DNA of 64,000 nucleotides from Squalus acanthias (lineage: Eukaryota), in NCBI GenBank assembly GCA_030390025.1, contig CM059432.1, positions 18,168,001-18,232,000 on the forward strand, given 5' to 3'. Both the position numbers and the translations under genes were made by a program. Positions 11,581 through 22,071 of the stretch are shown here, in pieces. The notes under the pieces were generated by a model. The model saw only the letters and a list, made by a program, of their open reading frames with translations, was not told the origin of the DNA and made no database searches. How positions within the stretch are numbered: position 1 is the first letter of the stretch; the number at the start of each line of letters is the position of its first letter.

Positions 11581-13910
11581 AATTAGCAATCTTGTTGTAC
11601 GAGGCCCCTTGGGTCAGAGTGATCATAATATGATAGAATTCTTCATTAGGATGGAGAGTGAAGTAGTTGAATCAGAGACTAGGATCCTGAATTTAAATAA
11701 AGGAAACTACGATGGTATGAGGCGCGAATAGGGTAGGATTGATTGGGGAATGTCACTCAAAGGGTTGACGGTGGATAGGCAATGGCAAACATTCAAAGAC
11801 TGCATGGATGAACTACAGAATTTGTTCATCCCAGTGTGGCATAAGAATAAAACAAAAAGGGTGACTCAACCGTGGCTAACAAGGGAAATTAGGGATAGCA
11901 TAAGATCCAAGGAGAGGGCATATAAATTGGCCAGAAAAAGCGGTAACCCTGAGGATTGGGAGCAGTTTAGGATTCAACAAAGGAGGACAAAGGGATTAAT
12001 TAAGAAGGGGAAAATAGAATACGAAAGTAAGCTTGCAGGGAACATAAAAACTGACTGTAAGAGTTTTTATAGATATGTGAAGAGAAAAAGATTAGTGAAA
12101 TCAAGTGTAGGTCCCTTGCAGTCAGAAGCGGGGGAAGTTATAATGCGGAACAAAGAAATGGCAGACCAATTAAATGCATATTTTGGTTCTGTCTTCACAA
12201 AGGAGGACACAAATAACCTCCCAGAGATGTTGGAGAACATACGGTCTGATGAAAGGGAGGAACTGAAAGAAATCAGTATTTGCAGGGAAATGGTGTTAGG
12301 GAAATTGACGGGATTGAAGGCCGATAAATCCCCAGGGCCTGATAATCTACATCCTAGGGTACTTAAGGAAGTGGCCCTAGAAATAGTAGATGCATTGCTG
12401 ATCATCTTCCAACATTCGATGGAATCTGGAACTGTACCCATGGATTGGAGGGTAGCTAATGTTACCCCACTATTCAAAAAGGGTGGTAGAGAGAAAGCGG
12501 GGAATTACAGATCAGTAAGCCTGACATCGGTAGTGGGGAAAATGCTAGAGTCCATTATAAAGGATGTAATAGCTGAGCATTTGAAAAACAGTGACAGGAT
12601 CGGACAAAGTCAACATGGATTTACAAAAGGTAAATCGTGCTTGACTAATCTACTGGAATTTTTTGAGGATGTAACTGGGAAAATAGATAAGGGAGAACCA
12701 GTAGATGTGGTGTATTTGGACTTTCAAAGGGCTTTCGATAAGGTCCCGCATAAGAGATTAGCATGTAAAGTTAAGGTACATGGGATTGGGGGCAAGGTAT
12801 TGACTTGGATAGAGAACTGGTTGGCGGACAGAAAGCAAAGAGTAGGAATTAATGGGTCTTTTTCCGAGTGGCAAGCAGTGACTAGTGGGGTACCGCAGGG
12901 ATCGGTCCTTGGACCCCAGCTATTCACAATATACATTAATGATCTAGATAAGGGAACTAAATGTAATATCTCCAAGTTTGCAGATGACACAAAGCTGGGT
13001 GGGAGTGTGTGCTGCGAGGAGGCTACCGAGAAACTCCAGGATGATTTGGACAGGTTGGGTGAGTGGGCAGAAGCGTGGCAGATGCAATATAACGTGGATA
13101 AATGCGAGGTTATCCACTTTGGTGTCAAAAACAGAAAGGCAGACTATTATCTGAATGGCAATAAATTGGGAGAAGGGGAAGTGCAACGAGACCTGGGTGT
13201 CCTTGTGCACCAGTCGCTGAAGGTAAGCATGCAGGTGCAGCAGGTGGTGAAGAAGGCAAATGGTATGTTGGCCTTCATAGCGAAAGGGTTTGAGTATAGG
13301 AACAGGGATGTCCTGCTGCACTTGTACAGGGCCTTGGTGAGACCACACCTTGAGTATTGTGTGCAGTTTTGGTCGCCTTATCTGAGGAAGGATGTTCTTG
13401 CCATGGAGGGAGTTCAGCGAAGATTCACAAGGCTGATACCTGGGATGGCAGGAATGACATATGAGGAGAGATTGGGTCGATTGGGCTTATACTCGCTGGA
13501 ATATAGAAGAATGAGAGGGGATCTCATCGAAACATATAAAATTCTGACAGGTCTGGACAAACTAGATGCAGGAAGAATGTTCCCGATGGTCGGAGAGTCC
13601 AGAACCAGGGGTCATAATCTAAGGATAAGGGGTAAGCCATTTAGGACAGAAATGAGGAAGAATTTCTTCACCCAGAGAGTGGTGAACCTGTGGAATTCTC
13701 TACCACAGAAGGCAGTTGAGGCCAAGTCATTAAATATATTCAAGAATGAGTTAGATATATTTCTTAAAGCTAAAGGTATCAAGCGATATGGGGAGAAGGC
13801 AGGTACAGGGTACTGAGTTTGGATGATCAGCCATGATCTCATTGAATGGCGGAGCAGGCTCGAGGGGCCGAATGGCCGACTCCTGCTCCTATCTTCTATG
13901 TCTATGTTTC
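11581..13910 (+). mobile_element. CR1 LINE, 5'-truncated, young
   Basis: Endonuclease tail GQSDHNMIEF, a full RT domain, CR1 3' UTR and a CTATGT(TT) tail. Confidence 0.95.
11750..13816 (+). CDS. CR1 ORF2 remnant (reverse transcriptase), 688 aa uninterrupted
   Basis: KSPGPD, QHGF, YLDFQRAFDKVPH, GVPQGSVLGP, KFADD, RPHLEYCVQFWSP. The endonuclease domain is truncated and a TAG lies just upstream at ~11729. Confidence 0.9.
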   Translation: MSLKGLTVDRQWQTFKDCMDELQNLFIPVWHKNKTKRVTQPWLTREIRDSIRSKERAYKLARKSGNPEDWEQFRIQQRRTKGLIKKGKIEYESKLAGNIKTDCKSFYRYVKRKRLVKSSVGPLQSEAGEVIMRNKEMADQLNAYFGSVFTKEDTNNLPEMLENIRSDEREELKEISICREMVLGKLTGLKADKSPGPDNLHPRVLKEVALEIVDALLIIFQHSMESGTVPMDWRVANVTPLFKKGGREKAGNYRSVSLTSVVGKMLESIIKDVIAEHLKNSDRIGQSQHGFTKGKSCLTNLLEFFEDVTGKIDKGEPVDVVYLDFQRAFDKVPHKRLACKVKVHGIGGKVLTWIENWLADRKQRVGINGSFSEWQAVTSGVPQGSVLGPQLFTIYINDLDKGTKCNISKFADDTKLGGSVCCEEATEKLQDDLDRLGEWAEAWQMQYNVDKCEVIHFGVKNRKADYYLNGNKLGEGEVQRDLGVLVHQSLKVSMQVQQVVKKANGMLAFIAKGFEYRNRDVLLHLYRALVRPHLEYCVQFWSPYLRKDVLAMEGVQRRFTRLIPGMAGMTYEERLGRLGLYSLEYRRMRGDLIETYKILTGLDKLDAGRMFPMVGESRTRGHNLRIRGKPFRTEMRKNFFTQRVVNLWNSLPQKAVEAKSLNIFKNELDIFLKAKGIKRYGEKAGTGY

Positions 13911-14122
13911 TAAATCCCAAGCTCATTGGCGCTACACTCAAAGGGTGGACCAATATTGGGTGCATTCTAGTCGCAAGTCATGATTGCCACAGGCTTTTTT
14001 CTTAAAGTGGAGGTTCTTTGATGCTGCAGAACCTCATTCTCAGCATTGCTGGCTGTGCAGCAGCTTCAGCAAGCAGAAGCAGGTCAAGGAGAAGGAGCCG
14101 GAGGACTGAAGCAGCTGTACTC

Positions 14123-15956
14123 ATGGCAGATTCACACTCCAGGGAGAGAGGCCACAGATTCTGCGATCAAGCATTGGAGGCATTGGTGTTCGTTGTGGAG
14201 AGACGGAGGGTGGTGCTCTACCTGGCAAGTGGCAGCAGGACCTCGCCGCAAGTTTTCCGCACCATGTGGAGGGAGGTAGCGCAGCACGTCTCGGGCAGCA
14301 CTGTGGACCCCAGGAAGAAATTTAACGACCTCACTCAGGTGGTCAGGGTGAGTCAATGCTTCAACAAATGTTACATACCACCATCTGAACCGTAGTCTTC
14401 ACACACTGCCTAAAGCACCACACCCCCAGTACTCACCCACCAACAATCTCTACCTACCAACACTCACACGCACATCACCCAAACACATTGCTCCACACTC
14501 ACTCACACACTTTCCTTTCTTTTACAGGCCAAGGTGGCTCACAACAAGAGGGAGCAGGAGCACACAGGCGGGGGACAACCCGATACCCAACCACTGTCTG
14601 TGCTGGAGAATAGAGTGCTGCAGATTATTGGGCGCCAGGTGATGGGCGCCGTGGCCACCGGCAACATTGACCCCCTTGGGGACAACAACGGTATGTTGAT
14701 CCCTACTCCTTCTTCTCACATCCCACTTCCCCCTCACCCCACAAGCATTTTGCACTTTCCCGCTAATCATGCTGTATGCATTCAGTTCTCCCTTCCTGCA
14801 CCCTCCCCTCACCCTAACCCGACTCTTGTACCTTTATGCTTTCAGATAATGAGCGAGCACCTGAGCAGCCTATCCCTGAGGGCACCGCAGAGAGCGAGGG
14901 GGGAGAAGAGGAGGAAGAAGAACACACCGCGTCACTGCATGTCTCACCCGCAGGCACCAGCTCAGATACTGGCACTACGCATTCTTTAGAGGCTAGTACT
15001 GTATAGTAACGGGATCTGCACAGGGTGATGCACCGGTGATGAGTGGGCTGCAGCAAGGCCAGGGAGAAAGGGTAGCTCGGGGGCCAGCTCCACGGAGAGC
15101 GAGTTCGCGCACGAGTTCTGCTGCACAGGACTCAGATGAGGACCTCGATGGGGAGGCCTTTAGAAGAAGGGTGATGGGCATGCACACTGAGATGATAGGT
15201 GCAATGGCAAGGCTGCCCGAGAGCTTCTCGGCAATGGTTAGGAGTGTGGAGGAGTCCGCCTCCAACATTGCACAAGGCTCTGCGCACACCATAGAGCCCA
15301 TCATTTCCAGTCTGCAAAGGATGGCAGACTCCCAGAGAGACTGTGGCGACCCAGACCTGATGCCGCGTGCGATGGGCAATCTGGCAGCTTCCATTGCAGC
15401 GGAAGTGATGCAATGTCTTAGTGCTGTAATGCAGTCTATGCTTGGTGGCATCCAATCTCAAACTGCTCTCATGCAGTCTCAGCTTGATGCCACGCAAGCT
15501 CTGACTGCTCCCATCGTGGCTGGGTCTACCACTGTCGACCGGGGCTTTGACGGTGTCGCAGCAGGCCAGCAATCTGTGCTCCAACAGATTGCTGGGGATG
15601 CTGAGGTGCTGCCCTGGGGGAATGACAGTGGGTCAGTGGAGCAGGGGTCTGCTGTCCTCTCTCAGGATGACAGCATTCCTGCTCCCACCACTGCCACTCT
15701 GCCATTACCCTTGTCGCTGCCTGTCATCCAGCCAGCCCAGACTGTTGCTGCTGAGGTGGTGCAGTCTACAGTCAGGCCTTCCAGGCCCAGAGCTGGTCGA
15801 GGGCATCCTGCAAGGCCATATGAAGTCTCCCACATAGACACTCAGCCGCCTTCCACCAGCCCTGCTGTAGCCATTGGGCCAACACTTCATAGGAGCACTA
15901 GAGTAGGCAAAGGCACAGTAACGACAGGCACTAAGGGATTGCACAAGGGTGAATAG
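14123..15956 (+). pseudogene. Harbinger Myb/SANT-like gene, copy 2 (exons 14123-14347, 14528-14690, 14846-15956)
   Basis: GT-AG introns (GTGAGT..TTTACAG; GTATGT..TTTCAG) with compatible phases. RFCDQALEALV..WREVA..RKKFNDL motif. A frameshift near 15000 creates TAG-TAA. Confidence 0.88.
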
Positions 15957-16121
15957 TTAATATTTTTGTTGTAAATATGTGTTCACTCATTTTTGATAAA
16001 TTTATTAATTCAGTTTGGATTCTTTTGTGGTGTGTCTCATTTCAGCTTTGCTCTGTGATATGGCCTGCGACAGGGATGGAATGATGGGGATGTGGTGAGC
16101 AACGGGGATCTGGGGTTTAAT

Positions 16122-17309
16122 TCATTGGAACCGCAGTCTGATGAGGCGGTCACAAACCGCCCTTCCGGAAGGCCGATTGAGTGACTGCCTCCTCCCTCGC
16201 TCCTGTTCCGCCTCCTCCTCATCCTCCCCGTCGTCGTCCTCATCTTGCTCTTCGTCCTCCTCCTCCTCTCCCTCTTCCTCCTCCTGAGGTGGTCCCGCAA
16301 TCCATGGTGGCAAATATTGGGCCCTCATGATGGCCAAGTTGTGGAGCATGCAGCAGACCACCACAAAATGGGAGACCCTCTCAGCTGAGTACTGGAGGGC
16401 CTCCTCCCGAGCGGTCAAGGCAGCAGAACCGTTGCTTCAGCAGGCCGATGGTCTGCTCAATGAAACTCCTGGTGGCAGCACGGCTGTCATAATATGAGTG
16501 CTGGGCAGGAGTGTTGGGGTTGCGGAGGGGAGTCATGAGCCAGGTGGAGAGCGAATAGCCCTTGTCTCCCAGCAGCCAGCCACGAGCTTGACGTGGTGGC
16601 TGGAAGAGTGTTGGCACAGGATGAAGGCATTGTGGCTGCTGCCAGGATAGCGGGCATTCACATTGAGGATTTGCTGTCTGTGGTCGCACACCAACTGCAG
16701 ATTAAGTGAATGGTAGCCTTTGCGGTTACGGAAGATCTCAGGATTGTTATGCAGTGCCCGCAAAGCCATGTGGCAGCAGTCATTGGCGCCCTGCACCATG
16801 GGGAAACCCGCTATCCTGGCAAAGCCACATGCGCGCTCGTCCTGCTTCTCTCTGGTGATGGGGAAGGACATATAGTCCCTTCTCCTACTGTAGAGAGTCT
16901 CTGTGACATTCCGGATCCAGCGATGAACGGTGAATTATGAGATGTTAGCTATGTCTCCTGTTGTAGACTGGAAGGATCCGCTGGCGAAGAAATTGGAGGC
17001 AACGGTGACCTTGACTGCTACTGTGAGAGCCGTGGTCGCCCTGATCTGAGGCTGGAGGCCTGGTTGCAAGAGGTGGCAGAGTTCTGTGACCACCTCCTTG
17101 GTGAAGCGGAGCCTCCTAATACACTGCTCCTCGTTTAATTGGAGGTAGGAGAAGTGCTCTTGGAATACCCCCGGAGGGTAAAGCCTCCTGTTGAGAGCCC
17201 TGATGGCCCTCCTCCTCCCTCTGGGCACATGTTCCAGTCTTTCTCGCTGCCTCCACTCCCTCCACCATAGATCCTGGAGGGTGAGGTCAACTGCCAGTAC
17301 AGTCCCCAT
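16122..17309 (-). pseudogene. Harbinger DDE transposase, copy 2, frameshifted
   Basis: [52 protein letters not shown] and an acidic tail in successive frames. Confidence 0.92.
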
Positions 17310-17501
17310 TAATGTAACCAAGTGTAGCAGTTTGATTTTTTAAGAATAAATGTAGCTACTTTTAGTTGCCACAACACTCCTGATACAAAATAATCTTGAA
17401 ATTACTGAATAAAACTGTTGGACTATGTGAAACTGACAAGAAACTGCTGAAACTCCACTAACCTTACAGCTGCGAGTAATTACTGCCGATCCCTTTAAAT
17501 A

Positions 17502-20500
17502 CTGTGCGGAAGCTGAACATCAACTCTCCGACACCTCCTCCTACCTCCGCCTGGACCATGACCCCACTAGCAAACATCAAGCCATTGTTTACAAGACTGT
17601 CACTGACCTCATCTCCTCTGGAGATGTTCCCTCCATGGCTGCCAACCTCATAGTCCCCCAACCCCGCACAGCCCGCTTCTACCTCCTTCCCAAGATCTAC
17701 AAACAGGACTGCCCTGGTAGACCCATCGTTTCAGCCTGTTCTTGCCCCACGGAACTTATCTCTTCCTATCTCGACTCTATTTTTTCTCCCCTTGTCCAGT
17801 CTCTTCCCACCTACACTCGCGACTCTTCCGACGCCCTCCGCCACCAGGATGGCCTTAGGGCTCTCTGCTTCTTCCTTGACGAGAGGCCCAACCAGTCCCT
17901 ATCCACCACCACCCTCCTCCGCTTGGCTGAACTTGTTCTCACATTGAACAACTTCTCCTTTGACTCCACTCACTTCCTCTAAATTATAGGTGTTGCTATA
18001 GGAACCCACATGGGCCCTAACTATGCCTGCCTTTTCATGGGATATGTTGAACATTCTTTGTTCCAGTCCTACTCAGGTCCCCTCCCTCACCTCTTTTTCT
18101 GGTAAATCAATGACTGTATTGGTGCCGTTTCCTGCTCTCGACCTGAACTAGAAAAGTTCATTCACTTTACTTCCAATTTCCACCCTTCCTTCACCTTCAC
18201 ATGGTCCCTCTCCGACTCTTCTCTTCCCTTCCTTGACTTCTCTGTCTCCATTTCTGGCGATAGGCTATCGACAAACATCCACTACAAGCCCACTGACTCC
18301 CACAGCTACCTGGACTACACTTCCTCCCACCCTGCTTCCTGTAAGGACTCTATTCCTCCAGTTTCTCCGTCTCCGCCGCATCTGCTCTGACGATACCACC
18401 TTCCATACAAGTACTTCCGACATGTCTTCCTTTTTCCTCAACCGAGGATTCCCCTCTACCATGGTTGACACGGCCCTTGACCGTGTCCGTTCCATTTCCC
18501 GCACTTCTGTTCTCACCCCTTCCCCTCCCTCTGTAGAATTCGCAAATTATCGCGATTTAAAAATAATGAGAAAGAGACATACAGTTTCGTAAAACGGCTT
18601 TATTTCAGCAAAATGCTGTCAGGTTTCAAAACGGACACAAGCAGCCTGTAAAATGGCCACCGCGCCTCGTGGCAGAAGTTTCTAGACTTTTCAGTAGGCA
18701 GACAAGATGGCGTTTCAATAAACATTTCAGCAAGATCGGACAGTACTCAGCATAATGAAATAAAGACAAGACGCGATCGTTTTGCATTTTGTACACCTAA
18801 GAGAATATAAGTGCTGGAATCGGTTTTCCATGCACAAACGAGGGCTATTGTACTGGGCAATCAAGGGCCCATCCAAAGACATTGATACGCAAATTCCCCA
18901 AGGCTCTACGATGAGAGAGCCGTTCGCGGGTACTCACAGCAAGAATTCGGAGGCCCCCAAAACCCCTCCAGGGAGACTCCTAGCCGGTTCCATAATGGGA
19001 GAAATATTAACGGGTACTTAGACAGTTACAAGTATCACCGAAACCCATTAGCAACGAGAACCACCCCATACAAGAAGTTTGAGCGCCAAAACATGACAAA
19101 AGATGAACATTAAGATTGGGCGGGAGATAAAGAATTACAGTACTATAACTGTAGTAAACAAACGTCCATCTTTCTCTTGATTCGACTCCTGGCTATCGTT
19201 TGCGGCCCACCGAGCGCTTGTCCGCTGATCTTCCGGGAGTCAACCTCATGGCTTGCCGCGAAGATCTGTGAAGAGCTGGGCTGCGAAGGCCGGTAAGCGG
19301 GTGCACCATCCCGAGGGTCGGTAAACGGTGTAGGGACCCGAAGGCCCGACGAGACGAAACAAGACAAGAAGAAGAAGAAGACGACTGCACGTGCCGCCGC
19401 GGTCAGTAAACCCCGACCGCGCCCGTAAATATAAAGACCATTTCTGAACTCTACAGGATACTGCATGAACTGGTCAAAAGACTCTTCTTTGAATTCTACC
19501 GGCTAACTGGTGTCGGTCCAGGAAGACTCTTCTTCGAGTTTTATCGGAGTTCCGAGGTCAACACAGATTTTCATGACAGCAGACGGTCCAGCCCGCTAGC
19601 CGGAGCAAAGCGAGTAAACAAGTGGGGTACAGAGACCCCTGATCAACACGTAAATAGTCAGGTGCTGTGGCGAAACCATCCGAGCATCGTTTTAGAATTC
19701 TCCGAGTTATCACGAGTGGTGAGCATGGATCTCGATCCTACAGATCTAGATTAGGACAGGTATTGATAGGGGAGGGTTTTTGTTTTAAGGATAATTATAA
19801 TGTGTGTCCCCTTTTATGATGTGTCATGCGCTCCTCGTTTCCCTAAACCTAGTTGCATAAATGTATGTAAGTTTGTACTGTCATTAATCTGTGCTTATGA
19901 CATGTATTTCATAATCTTGAATAATATGCAATAAAGATTTTCCATTTCGTACTATTCAACCGGGTCTACATGAGTTTTTCTCTGCATTTACTGCTCTCGC
20001 ACCTAAGTCCAGTGTCAGAACCGTAAGGGCGAGTGGGTCGAACCACTCACAGGTGTCTAGTGCTACCAGGCTGGCTGGAGACCAGAACAGGCAACAAGGC
20101 CTAACCCCGCACTAGCACCCAGGCTAAGCACAGAGCCACGCGAACCCCTTACACCTCCCAGACCATGATAGGGTTCCCCTTGTCCTCACCTTTCACCCCA
20201 CCAGCCTCCACATTCAACGGATCATCCTCCGTCATTTCTGCCACCTCCAACTTAATCCCACCACCAAACGCATCTTCCCCTCACCTCCCCTTTCAGCATT
20301 CCAAAGGGACTACTCCCTCCGCGACACCCTGGTCCACTCCTCAATCACCCTTAACAGCCCTTCCCCTTCGCCCGGCACCTTCCCGTGCAAGCGCAGCAGA
20401 TGCAACACCTTCCCTTTTACCTCCTCCCTTCCCACTGTCCAGGGCCCCAAACACCCCTTCCAGGTGAAACAGCGATTTACTTGTACTTCTTGCAATTTAG

Positions 20501-21094
20501 TATACTGTATTCGCAGCTCCTCTACATTGAGGAGACCAAACGTAGATTGCGCGACCGCTTTGCGGAACACCTCCGTTCAGTCCGTAAGGGTGACCCTGAG
20601 CTTCCGGTCGCCTGTCACTTTAATTCTCCGCTTCACTCCGACTCTGATCTCTCTGTCCTCGGCCTCTTACATTGTTCCAATGAAGCTCAACGTAAGCTCG
20701 AGGAACAGCACCTCATCTTTCGATTAGGCACTTTACAGCCTTCTGGGCTCAACACTGAGTTCAACAATTTCAGACTATAACCCCTGCCCCCATTTTTCAG
20801 GCTGTATGATTTTGCCATCCCCATTTGCAACATTTTATCTTTCCTGCCTCCTACCTTAGCACAGAATATTTCTTCAGTTCCTTCCTCTCTTCCCAACGAC
20901 ACCCCCCTTTCCTGCCTCTGCACCTGCTTAAAAATCTGTTACATCTCCAGCTTTTTCCAGTTTTGATAAAGGGTCCCAGACCTGAAACGTTAACTCTGTT
21001 TCTATCTCCACGGATGTTGCCTGGCCTGCTGAGTGTTTCCAGCATTTTCTGTTGTTATTTCAGATTTCCAGCATCCGCAGTATTTTGCTATTGT
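17502..21094 (+). mobile_element. Penelope-like retroelement (RT + GIY-YIG), 5'-truncated, split by a solo LTR
   Basis: PGRPIVS, GVAIGTHMGPNYA, HYKPTD and FTCTS.NLVYCIR/YIEETKRRLRDRFAEH motifs. 13-bp TSD ATCCCTTTAAATA at 17489-17501 and 21095-21107. Confidence 0.92.
18532..20153 (+). mobile_element. Solo LTR copy 1 (1622 bp)
   Basis: TGTA...TACA termini and 4-bp TSD CCTC. Strand inferred from an AAGATGGCG motif near 18705 and AATAAA at 19930. Confidence 0.88.
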
Positions 21095-21507
21095 ATCCCT
21101 TTAAATAATGACCCTGGAGCCGCCTTCCTGCTGTTTCATGCCAGCTCTCCCTGTCGCTGTTTACTCCAGGTGCTAAGGTAGGTGGCAACAATCAATTTCG
21201 CAGATCGGGCGCTCAGTGAGCGTTGCACACTCACTGACGTCACGATCCACCTGGCGTTGAGCCTCTTGGTGATAACTGTTACCGGCGGAGCTACGGGGGT
21301 GGGGGGCGGGATTTGGCGTGCGGTGCTGGATTTGCCTCGCCCTGGTGATAATGCTGTGGCGTCCCGTTAGTGCCTTCTGCTGGCGCTAACGGGAGGTGCT
21401 AAGGGGACGGATGTTTCCCCCTTCATATCCAATGCAGTAGGTAATACAATAAATGTCTCCACAATGTTTTAATTGTACTTGAAATGTATTTTCTCCTTAA
21501 GGATGTA

Positions 21508-21891
21508 TTTTTTTAAAATTCATGCATGGGATGTGGGCGTCGCTGGCAATGCTAGCATTTATTGCCCATCACTAATTGCCCTTGAGAAGGTGGTGGTGAG
21601 CCGCCATTTCAGAGGGCATTTTAGAGTCAACCACATTGCTGTGGGTCTGGAGTCACATATAGGCCAGACCAAGTAAGGACGGCAGATTTCCTTCCCTAAA
21701 GGACATTAGTGAACCAGTTGGGTTTTTAGGACAATCCGGTAGTTTCATGGTCACCATTACTGACACTAGCTTTTTATTCCAGATTTTATTTAATAACTGA
21801 ATTTAAATTCCCCAGCTGTCTTGGTGGGATTTGAACTCATGTCTCCGGATCATTAGTCCACGCTGCTGGATTACAAGTCCATTAACATACC
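21508..21891 (-). mobile_element. SINE-like derivative: tRNA head plus 3' tail of the tRNA-headed LINE
   Basis: 21606-21891 matches the LINE head (B box GAGTTCAAATCCC). 21508-21605 matches the LINE 3' end. Joined at a GCC microhomology. Confidence 0.85.
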
Positions 21892-22071
21892 CTTAATTGG
21901 AGATAACCTCTGGCCAGTATTGCGTTACACCTATGAGTGATTAATGTGTGCTTATGGAAATGACTAAAGTGAGAATATTCCAAAATAATTATTCGGTAAT
22001 ACATAATAAATGGGTGGAAACATTACTGTAGACAGAACAATTGTATTCCTTTATAGTACAGTCTCATTTTA

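Larger units (their letters stand above)
11433..21421 (-). mobile_element. PIF/Harbinger transposon copy 2, expanded by nested CR1, Penelope and solo LTR
   Basis: Myb-like gene on + (14123-15956) converges with transposase on - (16122-17309). Candidate termini are GGGCTAGAAATTC at 11433 and GGATGTTTCCCCC ending at 21421. The left-end assignment is inferred. Confidence 0.7.

Noticed and set aside
12067..13348. Antisense ORFs over CR1 and other LINE RT regions
   Set aside because: Shadow ORFs of the sense coding frame, with no independent evidence.
18782..19466. Accessory proteins encoded in the LTR
   Set aside because: The short ORFs are not kept in frame across all three LTR copies and match no motif I recognise.
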